DNA of 64,000 nt from Actinomycetota bacterium (lineage in GTDB: Bacteria > Actinomycetota > Actinomycetes > Nanopelagicales > Nanopelagicaceae), in the NCBI GenBank assembly GCA_009701305.1, contig WLKK01000001.1, positions 140 to 64,139 of the forward strand, in the 5' to 3' direction. Every line of letters starts with the position of its first letter. Positions within the stretch are counted from its first letter, which is position 1. Below are positions 1 to 10,693 of this stretch, one piece after another. The notes beneath the pieces were generated by a model. It saw only the letters and a program-made list of their open reading frames with translations. It searched no databases and was not told the origin of the DNA. The translations under genes were made by a program, and so were the position numbers.

Positions 1-2
1 AG

Positions 3-236
3 CTTGAGCTCCAGATTCTGGAGTTTGAGCGGCAATGGTGGCGCTACCCGGGCTCAAAAGAGGCTGCAATCCGTGAACTGTTCTCGATTAGCACCCCTCG
101 TTATTACCAATTATTGAATGCATTGCTGGATAACAGCGCGGCTGAAACCGCTTATCCCACGCTCGTACGGCGCTTACGCCGGTTGCGTGAGAGCCGAACT
201 CAGGCTCGATCCCCGATCGCCCCACTGCACCTCTAG
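3..236 (+). CDS. DUF3263-like small protein, C-terminal part (5' end outside window)
   Basis: Frame 3 is open from the window edge to TAG at 234-236. The translation LELQILEFERQWWRYPGSKEAAIRELFSISTPRYYQLLNALLDNSAAETAYPTLVRRLRRLRESR resembles the actinobacterial DUF3263 family as I remember it. It is not in the ORF track because there is no in-window start. Confidence 0.55.
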   Translation, partial: LELQILEFERQWWRYPGSKEAAIRELFSISTPRYYQLLNALLDNSAAETAYPTLVRRLRRLRESRTQARSPIAPLHL

Positions 237-294
237 CGGCAACCAAGCCCAATCTCCGTTTGGCCGACTCACCCTTCCTGCCGTAGATTATGCG

Positions 295-321
295 TTAGCA
301 CTCTCCCGATGAGAGTGACAG
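295..321 (+). promoter_or_regulatory. CIRCE-like HrcA operator upstream of groEL
   Basis: TTAGCACTC-N9-GAGTGACAG ends 41 nt before the groEL GTG. The left arm equals the CIRCE consensus (TTAGCACTC-N9-GAGTGCTAA); the right arm matches 6/9. Confidence 0.7.
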
Positions 322-359
322 CCAAGAGCTGTAAATGTGCTTAATTTTGCAAGGAGTAA

Positions 360-1985
<1,626 letters not shown>

Positions 1986-1992
1986 ATTCAAA

Positions 1993-2697
1993 ATGGAAAC
2001 AACCACGGATCAACTTTTAAGTAACGCGATCAGATTAGCGCGCGCAGCAGCAATTGATGAGGCACGCGCAAGTGGTCTTCCTTTCGAAGGTGAATTAGTT
2101 GGAGAGCACCTAGGTGTAGAAGTTGATGGTGAAAGATTTTTAACACATTTATTTAGAACCGGACTATCTGGATATCGTGATTGGCGTTGGGCTGTAACAC
2201 TTACTCGCGCTGATGAAAATACAAGTAGTGAGGCAACTGTTTGTGATGTTGTTTTACTTCCTGGTCCAGATGCTTTGCTTGCACCGAAATGGATTCCGTA
2301 TCACGAAAGAATTCAAGCTGGCGATTTAACACCTGGTGCAATTGTGCCGACCTCTCACGACGATGCGCGTTTAACTCCTGGTTATGCCGCACTTCCTGGT
2401 GATGAAGAGTTGGATATGGCGCAATTATTTGAATTGGGGTTAGGAAGAGAGCGAGTGCTTTCCGCATTTGGAAGAGATGCAACAAGTCAACGTTGGTACC
2501 GTGGTGATTTTGGACCAGAGGCCCAAATGGCAAAAGCTGCACCACTTCCTTGTGCTGCTTGTGCATTTTTCATTCCAATGGCCGGCTCGATGCGATCCGC
2601 ATTTGGAGTCTGTGCCAACGAGATTTCACCGGCCGATGGCCATGTAGTTTCGATAGATCATGGGTGTGGTGCCCACTCGCAAGCCCAAGTTATTTAA
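1993..2697 (+). CDS. DUF3027 family protein
   Basis: The track ORF 1918-2697 overlaps the groEL 3' end; the in-frame ATG at 1993 lies just after the groEL stop. The Cys-rich C-terminus (PCAACAFFIP...FGVCANE...DHGCGAHS) and position next to a cold-shock-domain gene are typical of actinobacterial DUF3027. Confidence 0.75.
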   Translation: METTTDQLLSNAIRLARAAAIDEARASGLPFEGELVGEHLGVEVDGERFLTHLFRTGLSGYRDWRWAVTLTRADENTSSEATVCDVVLLPGPDALLAPKWIPYHERIQAGDLTPGAIVPTSHDDARLTPGYAALPGDEELDMAQLFELGLGRERVLSAFGRDATSQRWYRGDFGPEAQMAKAAPLPCAACAFFIPMAGSMRSAFGVCANEISPADGHVVSIDHGCGAHSQAQVI

Positions 2698-2831
2698 CCC
2701 AAGAACGGTATTTGCCCCGACTTAGGGGAAATCGAGCCTAAAAACTGCTTAGCAAGTCCGGCCTATTTCTCGGTAAACTCGGCCCCCTAGCTACTTTCCC
2801 AGCTATACCTGAACTGTTGATGGAGATGATG

Positions 2832-3215
2832 ATGCCTACCGGTCGTGTTAAATGGTTTAGCCTAGAAAAAGGCTTTGGTTTCATTGCATCTGAAGAGGGC
2901 GATGATGTCTTTCTTCCAGCAACTTCACTTCCTGCGGGAGTAACAAGTGTTAAACCTGGAACACGACTTGAATTTGGCGTGGCCGATGGTCGTCGTGGAC
3001 CTCAAGCACTTTCAGTAAGCATTCTCGAAGCGCCCCCATCATTAGTAGCGAGTTCAAGAATTAACCCTGATGATTTAGCTGCAATCATTGAAGATGCGAT
3101 AAAGATTTTAGATCGTGTTGGAAATGGATTGCGTCATGGTCGTCATCCATCAACTAATGAAGCTGAGCGCTTAGGAAAAGTTTTGCGCGGTATTGCAGAT
3201 CAGATCGAAGCTTAG
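2832..3215 (+). CDS. Cold-shock domain protein (long, about 127 aa actinobacterial type)
   Basis: MPTGRVKWFSLEKGFGFIASEEGDDVFLP is a CSD/RNP-1-like motif. The track ORF starts at TTG 2817. There are four in-frame ATGs; ATG 2832 follows GGAG (2822-2825) with 6 nt between them. Confidence 0.85.
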   Translation: MPTGRVKWFSLEKGFGFIASEEGDDVFLPATSLPAGVTSVKPGTRLEFGVADGRRGPQALSVSILEAPPSLVASSRINPDDLAAIIEDAIKILDRVGNGLRHGRHPSTNEAERLGKVLRGIADQIEA

Positions 3216-3222
3216 TTTTAAC

Positions 3223-3420
3223 TTATTTTCGTTTTTTGATTGCCTGCAAACCGTATAAGCCAAGTGCAACACCGATCGCGCTAGTTATCGCCCAATTTCC
3301 ATATTTGTTATTTGCTAATTGTGAAACAAATGCAGCAGCAAAAATAACTGTCCAGATAGTGATACCAATCTTCACGACCTGTTCATCTTTGAGTTGCATA
3401 AGGCTATTGTAGGAGGACAT
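3223..3420 (-). CDS. Small two-TM membrane protein (about 65 aa), function unknown
   Basis: The track ORF 3223-3507 would overlap the MFS gene start; the internal ATG at 3420 avoids this. Two hydrophobic helices are present (VVKIGITIWTVIFAAAFVSQLA and WAITSAIGVALGLYGLQAI). There is no clear SD, so the start is uncertain. Confidence 0.45.
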   Translation of the reverse strand: MSSYNSLMQLKDEQVVKIGITIWTVIFAAAFVSQLANNKYGNWAITSAIGVALGLYGLQAIKKRK

Positions 3421-3428
3421 ACAGAAAT

Positions 3429-3458
3429 ATCCAGAGAAATCCAGAGAAATCCAGAGAA
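3429..3458. repeat. Perfect 3 x 10-bp tandem repeat (ATCCAGAGAA)
   Basis: Exact period-10 identity from 3429 to 3458. It fills the spacer between the divergent small membrane ORF (start 3420) and the MFS gene (ATG 3458). Confidence 0.95.
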
Positions 3459-4717
3459 TGAGTGGCGAGAAGTTGGCGAAATCTTCCGGAACTTTCCGCT
3501 CCTTCAAGCACAGAAATTTTCGGATCTTCTTTATTGCCAGCTTTTTTTCAAATATTGGAACTTGGGTTCAGCGGATTGCCCAAGATTGGTTGGTACTTGA
3601 ATTAACCCATAATGCATTTCAGTTAGGAATTGTTACTGGTTTGCAATCAATTCCATTTATATTTTTTTCGAGTTTCGGTGGAAAGCTAGCTGATAGGTTC
3701 CCAAAACGTAAGTTATTAATTATTGCTAATTCAACTGTTGCATTATGGGCACTAATTCTTGGGGTGCTCGTGATTTCTGGCAATGTGCAGATCTGGCATG
3801 TGTACATAATTGCGTTACTACTGGGCGTCTCAAGTTCGATTGAAGCCCCAATTGCACAATCATTTATAACGCAGATAGTTCCGCCTGAAGACATGGCCAA
3901 TGCGATTAGTTTACGAGCTGTGAATTTTAATTCGGCCAGATTAATCGGACCTGCAATATCTGGATTTATGATCAGCGCATTTGGTACTGGGCCTTCCTTT
4001 ATCTTTAATTCTTGTTCTTTTGTTTTTATTTTAAGCGCCTTATTTTTTATGAGTACTGGCGGAATCAGAGAACTAAATCCAGAACAAGGTAAAGTTTATA
4101 TTCGCGAAGCAATTGATTACATAAGAGCGAGGCCTGACTTAAAAGCATTAATGTTGTTAACTTTCTTTTTTGCAACTTTTGGATTCAATCCAGAGCTATT
4201 TAGCGCAACAATGGCAACAATGGCTTTTGGTAAAGATGCAAAAGGGTTTGGTCTTTTAGGAAGTTGCATCGCAGTAGGTTCATTATCTGGTTCCTTGCTT
4301 GCAACTAAATTGGAGTGGAAGCCGGGCACAAGGCGGGTAATTGCCTGTTCAATTGGTTTTGGAGTTGCGCTAATAATTGGATCTCTCGCGCCTTCATACA
4401 CTTTGTATGCCATCGCATTACCATTATTTGGTGCAGGAATGCTGACAACTGGAATAGCCGCAAATAGAACCGCTCAACTGGGTAGTGATCCATTAATTCG
4501 TGGGCGAGTAATGGGAATCTACTTTACGATTTTTATGGGTGGAACTCCAATAGGTGCGCCGTTTATCGGATGGTTAGCTGAGATCTTTGGACCGAGACAA
4601 GCCTTAATAACAGCCGGATTAATTGTAATTGTTGGCTCAATATTTGTTTCTTGGCGTTTTCGAGGTCGACTTGAACCCCCTGAAGATGTTTCCATTGAGG
4701 CAACTTTTAATAAATGA
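3458..4717 (+). CDS. MFS transporter (EntS/MFS_3-like), copy 1
   Basis: 419 aa and multi-TM. The N-terminal FRSFKHRNFRIFFIASFFSNIGTWVQRIAQDWLVLELT is typical of this MFS subfamily. Confidence 0.9.
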   Translation: MSGEKLAKSSGTFRSFKHRNFRIFFIASFFSNIGTWVQRIAQDWLVLELTHNAFQLGIVTGLQSIPFIFFSSFGGKLADRFPKRKLLIIANSTVALWALILGVLVISGNVQIWHVYIIALLLGVSSSIEAPIAQSFITQIVPPEDMANAISLRAVNFNSARLIGPAISGFMISAFGTGPSFIFNSCSFVFILSALFFMSTGGIRELNPEQGKVYIREAIDYIRARPDLKALMLLTFFFATFGFNPELFSATMATMAFGKDAKGFGLLGSCIAVGSLSGSLLATKLEWKPGTRRVIACSIGFGVALIIGSLAPSYTLYAIALPLFGAGMLTTGIAANRTAQLGSDPLIRGRVMGIYFTIFMGGTPIGAPFIGWLAEIFGPRQALITAGLIVIVGSIFVSWRFRGRLEPPEDVSIEATFNK

Positions 4718-4743
4718 ATATTAGAGATCAGAATGGATAAAAC

Positions 4744-5997
4744 TTGGTAAACGAATCTATATCTAGTGGATCTCTTCGATCATTCCGTCATAAAAATTTT
4801 CGCTTATGGTTTTTTGCTAGTTTCTTTGGAAATATGGGAACGTGGGCGCAGCGGATTGCTCAATATTGGCTAGTTCTTGAATTAACCGATGATGCATTTC
4901 AGTTAGGCATTGTTGCCGGATTGCAATCATTTCCATTCATATTTCTTTCGAGTTTCGGTGGAAAACTTGCAGATAGATTTTCGATGCGAAAAATGATCGT
5001 CATCGCAAATCTAAGTGCTTCTCTGTTGGCTGCGATACTGGGGACACTTGTGATTTCTGGAAATGTTCAAATTTGGCATGTTTACATAATCGCTACATTG
5101 CTTGGTATTTCGAGTGCTATTGAATCGCCAATAACCCAATCTTTCTTAACACAATTAGTTTCACCTGAAGATATCTCTAACTCAATAAGTCTAAGGTCAG
5201 TGAATTTTAATACGGCCCGACTATTTGGTCCCGTAGTTTCTGGATTTATGATTAATGCTTTTGGAACGGGACCTTCCTTTTTATTTAATTCTCTCTCATT
5301 TGTATTTGTAATTTCGGCTCTGGCATTAATGAAAAAAGAAGATATATCTGAAGTTAATCCACTTAAAGAGAAAGTTTATATAAAAGAGGCGATTGAATAC
5401 ATTAAAGCCAGGCCGGATCTAAAAGCATTACTGTTGGTGGTTTTTTTCTTTGGAACCTTTGCTGCATTGCCAGAACTATTCAGCGCGACAATGGCTACCA
5501 AGGTATTTGATAAAAATGCACTGGATTTCGGAATTTTAGGAAGTTGCATTGCGGTTGGTTCTATGTCCGGATCAATACTTGCAACTAAATTTGAGTGGAA
5601 ACCATCCACTAGAAGCGTGATTCTGTGTACGTGCTGGTGGGGGTTAGCGATAATTATTTCTTCATTAGCCCCAACGTATTATTGGTACGCATTAATCCTT
5701 CCCGTTTATGGAGCAATCATGCTAATAACCGGAATTTCAGCACTCAGGACAGCACAGTTGGGAATTGATGCAGCAATCAGGGGACGGATTATGGGGATTT
5801 ATATTTCAGTTTCTATGGGTGGTGTTGTCTTTGGGGCCCCACTTATTGGCTGGGTCACAGAATTTTTTGGACCTCGGGAGGCGGTGGCCAGCGGAGGAGT
5901 CATGACAATAATTGGGTCAACATTTGTATATTTTCGCTACCGTGGCCGACTGGAAGCACCAGAAGATCTATCAATTGGTGCCACACTAGGCAAATAA
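4744..5997 (+). CDS. MFS transporter (EntS/MFS_3-like), copy 2 (tandem paralogue)
   Basis: 417 aa with a TTG start. It is colinear with copy 1 at roughly two-thirds identity by eye (LRSFRHKNFRLWFFASFFGNMGTWAQRIAQYWLVLELT). Confidence 0.9.
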   Translation: MVNESISSGSLRSFRHKNFRLWFFASFFGNMGTWAQRIAQYWLVLELTDDAFQLGIVAGLQSFPFIFLSSFGGKLADRFSMRKMIVIANLSASLLAAILGTLVISGNVQIWHVYIIATLLGISSAIESPITQSFLTQLVSPEDISNSISLRSVNFNTARLFGPVVSGFMINAFGTGPSFLFNSLSFVFVISALALMKKEDISEVNPLKEKVYIKEAIEYIKARPDLKALLLVVFFFGTFAALPELFSATMATKVFDKNALDFGILGSCIAVGSMSGSILATKFEWKPSTRSVILCTCWWGLAIIISSLAPTYYWYALILPVYGAIMLITGISALRTAQLGIDAAIRGRIMGIYISVSMGGVVFGAPLIGWVTEFFGPREAVASGGVMTIIGSTFVYFRYRGRLEAPEDLSIGATLGK

Positions 5998-6061
5998 CCA
6001 TTAGAAATGGTTAGAATTGAATACAATCAAGTAACAGTCAGAAAAAAACTTTGGAGTTGAA

Positions 6062-6169
6062 ATGGCTAACAAGGAACAAAAAAGCAATGCGAACCAGAAA
6101 AAGGAACCAAAGCTTTCGCTAAAAGAAAAGCGTTTGAAGAAGCAAGAAAAACAATCCAAGAAGGATTAA
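6062..6169 (+). CDS. Small lysine-rich protein (35 aa), unannotated in the ORF track
   Basis: ATG 6062 lies 5 nt after GGAG (6053-6056) and the stop is TAA 6167-6169. Translation is MANKEQKSNANQKKEPKLSLKEKRLKKQEKQSKKD. It sits in one of the few long non-coding gaps. Confidence 0.4.
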   Translation: MANKEQKSNANQKKEPKLSLKEKRLKKQEKQSKKD

Positions 6170-6258
6170 TTTTCTTAAAGGCCACCAATTGCGATTAGGC
6201 CGAGCAGGGAAATAAGAATTACTAAAGAGGTTATGCGACGAGCGCGCGGACTCAACTT

Positions 6259-7386
<1,128 letters not shown>

Positions 7387-7400
7387 CTACCGATGAATTG

Positions 7401-8081
7401 TTATGGGGCGAGACGAGTTAATTGCCACATTCTGTTTTCATCCGATGTGTAGCGCAGCCGATCGTGGAGCCGTGAGTAACGGCCTTGCCAAAATTCAATT
7501 GAGTGGGGTACAACACAGTAACCGCCCCAATTTGGTGGAAGCGGCACAGTGCTGCCCTCTGGATATTTCGCGGCGATTTTATCCCAAGTTTTCTGCAAGC
7601 TATCCCGGCCAGAAATTACTTCGGATTGGTTACTCGCCCATGCGCCAATTTTGCTAGACCATGGTCGAGTAGCAAAATAATCCGCAGATTCAGCATTGCT
7701 AACTTTTGTTGCACTACCCAAAACAATGACCTGTCGCTCCATTGGAAACCATGGGAAAGTCAGAGAGACATTTTGATTTTGGCTGATCTCTTTACCCTTG
7801 TCTGATTCGTAATTCGAGTAAAAAACAAAACCGTTTTCGCTGACCTCTTTAAGCAGCACTGTCCGGGCCTTAGGTTGATCGCCAGAGATAGTTCCGAGCA
7901 CCATGGCATTTGCTTCCACCACATATGGGTTCTCAGCGGCGGCTGTGAGCCAGATCTCAAATTGAGTTACTGGATTTGGATTGGCGTCACTCTCACTTAG
8001 CCCTAATTCACCGTACGAGCGGCGCATCGCCCTGATTTCATCCCGATCCATTGGAGTATTAGAGCAGGTGGCCGCCCCCAT
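7401..8081 (-). CDS. pdxH: Pyridoxamine 5'-phosphate oxidase
   Basis: 226 aa with RTVLLKEV, GFVFYSNYESDKGKE, IEFWQGRYSRLHDRLRY. An alternative start is the internal MDRDEIRAMRRSY (8051). Confidence 0.92.
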   Translation of the reverse strand: MGAATCSNTPMDRDEIRAMRRSYGELGLSESDANPNPVTQFEIWLTAAAENPYVVEANAMVLGTISGDQPKARTVLLKEVSENGFVFYSNYESDKGKEISQNQNVSLTFPWFPMERQVIVLGSATKVSNAESADYFATRPWSSKIGAWASNQSEVISGRDSLQKTWDKIAAKYPEGSTVPLPPNWGGYCVVPHSIEFWQGRYSRLHDRLRYTSDENRMWQLTRLAP

Positions 8082-8215
8082 AGCGAGTCGAGAAGTGCTG
8101 GCTAAATTTATGAATAGTTGGGTAAGAGGGGCAGAATAAGCGAGTGGGCTAGAACAGAATGGCTCAACCCGAGCAAGTTTGCCGGTGACTTTTATTTAAG
8201 GGGTTAAGGAATCTC

Positions 8216-9328
8216 ATGAGCGAATTCAAACCAGGTCTTGAAGGTGTTATTGCATTTGAATCAGAGATTGCTGAACCTGACAAAGAAGGAAGTGCGCTGC
8301 GCTACCGCGGTGTTGATATTGAAGATTTAGTTGGTCGCGTTACTTTTGGAAACGCTTGGGGCTTACTAGTTGACGATGAATTTAATCCAGGTCTTCCACC
8401 AGCTGAACCATTTCCACTGCCAGTTCACTCTGGTGACGTGCGTGTAGATGTGCAATCAGCAATTGCAATGTTGGCACCAGCCTGGGGATTTAAACCACTT
8501 TTAGATATTACGGATGAAGAAGCTCGTAGCAACCTTGCTCGCGCATCTGTAATGGTTTTGTCATACGTTGCACAATCCGCTCGTGGAACTTGGCAACCAA
8601 TGATTCCGCAATCTGAAGTTGATAAAGCGCACACAGTTGTCGAGCGCATGATGATTCGTTGGCGCGGTGAACCAGATCCAAAACATGTACGAGCAATTGA
8701 TGCATATTTTGTTTCTGCAGCCGAACACGGAATGAATGCTTCTACATTTACAGCTCGTGTTATTGCTTCAACCGGTGCTGATGTTGCCGCCGCTCTGTCA
8801 GGTGCGATTGGTGCGATGTCAGGCCCACTACATGGAGGTGCACCTTCACGTGTGTTGCATATGATTGAAGGCGTAGAGAAAACTGGCGATGCACGTAAAT
8901 ATGTAAAAGATTTAATGGATCGCGGCGAACGTTTAATGGGATTTGGTCATCGGGTTTACCGCGCAGAAGATCCACGTGCACGTACTTTGCGCCGCACCGC
9001 TGAAGAGTTAGGTGCTCCTCGTTACCAAGTAGCTCTCGCACTTGAGGAAGCAGCGCTCGCCGAACTTAAAGAACGTCATCCAGATCGAGTACTTGCAACC
9101 AACGTTGAATTTTGGGCCGCGATCGTCCTTGATTTTGCTGAAGTTCCAGGACCGCTATTTACTTCAATGTTTACTGCAGCACGTACCGCTGGATGGAGTG
9201 CGCATATTCTTGAACAAAAGCGAACTGGTCGCTTGGTGCGTCCATCAGCTACTTACATCGGTAAAGCTCCTCGCAGACCAGAAGATGTAAAAGGCTGGGA
9301 TCAAAGCGTAATTTCTTTGCACGCCTAA
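8216..9328 (+). CDS. Citrate synthase family protein (short CitA-like type)
   Basis: 370 aa with the GFGHRVY signature, GPLHGGA and NVEFW. Confidence 0.9.
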   Translation: MSEFKPGLEGVIAFESEIAEPDKEGSALRYRGVDIEDLVGRVTFGNAWGLLVDDEFNPGLPPAEPFPLPVHSGDVRVDVQSAIAMLAPAWGFKPLLDITDEEARSNLARASVMVLSYVAQSARGTWQPMIPQSEVDKAHTVVERMMIRWRGEPDPKHVRAIDAYFVSAAEHGMNASTFTARVIASTGADVAAALSGAIGAMSGPLHGGAPSRVLHMIEGVEKTGDARKYVKDLMDRGERLMGFGHRVYRAEDPRARTLRRTAEELGAPRYQVALALEEAALAELKERHPDRVLATNVEFWAAIVLDFAEVPGPLFTSMFTAARTAGWSAHILEQKRTGRLVRPSATYIGKAPRRPEDVKGWDQSVISLHA

Positions 9329-9343
9329 GGGATATTTAAGCTA

Positions 9344-10693
9344 ATGCCAAAAACTTCAATATTTTGGTTTCGGCGCGATTTGCGCATCTCTGATAATCCT
9401 GCGCTATTAGCAGCATTAGCTGAAGGCGATGAAGTTTTACCGATTTTTATTGTAGATCAAGCAATTTCAGATCGCGCAGGTGAATTTAGGCGCTCTTATT
9501 TAGCAAGTGCGTTGAAACATTTGGACAAAACTCTTGCTGGAAATTTACAAGTTTTTGAAGGCGACGCTGTGGGAATTTTACAAAAGCTTACAAAGAAATA
9601 CAACGCAACTTCAATTCATTGCGCAAAACAGTATGCACCTTACGGGATCGCATTAGAGAAAAGAATTTCCGAAAGTGGAATTGAATTGCAATTTACTGGT
9701 TGTGATTATGCGGTTGATCCTGGAAAAGTTCGTAAACCTGACGGCACTCCTTACAAGGTTTACACTCCATTTTTTAAGGCATGGAGTGTTGTAGGTTGGG
9801 AACGGCCATACAACTCACCTAAGTCTCCTAATTGGGTGAGTGTAAAAGATGCAAAACGATATTTTCCGGATTGGGATCTAGCAAAAAACACGAAAACTTT
9901 TGAAGTTGGCACAGATGTCGCACTAGAAAAATGGAATCAATTTTTTAAAGGACCGATAAATTCTTACAACCATAATCGAAATTTTCCGGGGATCAGCGGA
10001 ACAAGTGGAATGAGTCCGCATTTACGTTGGGGTGAGGTACATCCAAGAACTTTGTTAGCCAATTTGAACAATAGTGCTGACCAAGAGGTATACCGCAAAG
10101 AGATCGCCTGGCGGGAATTTTATGCTGATGTTCTACACCACAATCCACATACATCTCGTGAATATTTAAATCCACAATTTACCAAAATGCGCTATGACAA
10201 ACCTGGTAAGAAATTTGATGCCTGGTGTGAAGGTAAAACTGGATTTCCTTTTGTAGATGCAGGAATGAGACAACTTATACAAACGGGATGGATGCATAAT
10301 CGGGTACGAATGGTTGTTGCTTCTTTTCTAGCTAAGGATTTACATATCGAATGGCAACATGGGGCAAATTTCTTTATGCAATATTTGATTGATAATGATG
10401 TCGCCTCGAATTCGCATGGATGGCAATGGACTGCAGGTTGCGGAACTGATGCCTCTCCGTATTACCGAATCTTCAACCCCATTGAACAGGGCAAAAGATT
10501 TGATCCTGAAGGTGAGTACATTAGAAAATATGTGCCCGAACTTGCTCACCTAAGAGGTTCAGATATCCATGAACCTTGGCTATATCTTGATGGATATTCG
10601 GGAGGTTATGTTGAGCGAATGGTGGATCACGCAGCGGAAAGAATTGAATCCCTCGCTCGACTAGAAGAAATTAAGGTTAGCGCGCACTTTTAG
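9344..10693 (+). CDS. phr: Deoxyribodipyrimidine photolyase (class I CPD type)
   Basis: 449 aa with IFWFRRDLRISDNPAL, TSGMSPHLRWGE, WREFY, GWMHNRVRM, WQWTAG and YYRIFNP. Confidence 0.93.
   Translation: MPKTSIFWFRRDLRISDNPALLAALAEGDEVLPIFIVDQAISDRAGEFRRSYLASALKHLDKTLAGNLQVFEGDAVGILQKLTKKYNATSIHCAKQYAPYGIALEKRISESGIELQFTGCDYAVDPGKVRKPDGTPYKVYTPFFKAWSVVGWERPYNSPKSPNWVSVKDAKRYFPDWDLAKNTKTFEVGTDVALEKWNQFFKGPINSYNHNRNFPGISGTSGMSPHLRWGEVHPRTLLANLNNSADQEVYRKEIAWREFYADVLHHNPHTSREYLNPQFTKMRYDKPGKKFDAWCEGKTGFPFVDAGMRQLIQTGWMHNRVRMVVASFLAKDLHIEWQHGANFFMQYLIDNDVASNSHGWQWTAGCGTDASPYYRIFNPIEQGKRFDPEGEYIRKYVPELAHLRGSDIHEPWLYLDGYSGGYVERMVDHAAERIESLARLEEIKVSAHF

Noticed and set aside
259-289. Possible groEL promoter TTGGCC-N19-TAGATT just upstream of CIRCE
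   Set aside because: The 19-nt spacer is longer than optimal and I cannot verify it. I kept only the CIRCE call.
118-312. 64-aa plus-strand ORF upstream of groEL
   Set aside because: It is out of frame with, and overlaps, the much more protein-like DUF3263 3' end (frame 3, stop at 236). It also runs through the CIRCE operator. There is no SD and the composition is Arg/Ala/Ser-rich off-frame.
2698-2831. Long 5' UTR of the cold-shock-domain gene as an RNA thermosensor
   Set aside because: This is plausible by analogy with cspA-type leaders. I could not identify convincing alternative pairings by eye, so there is no sequence-level support.
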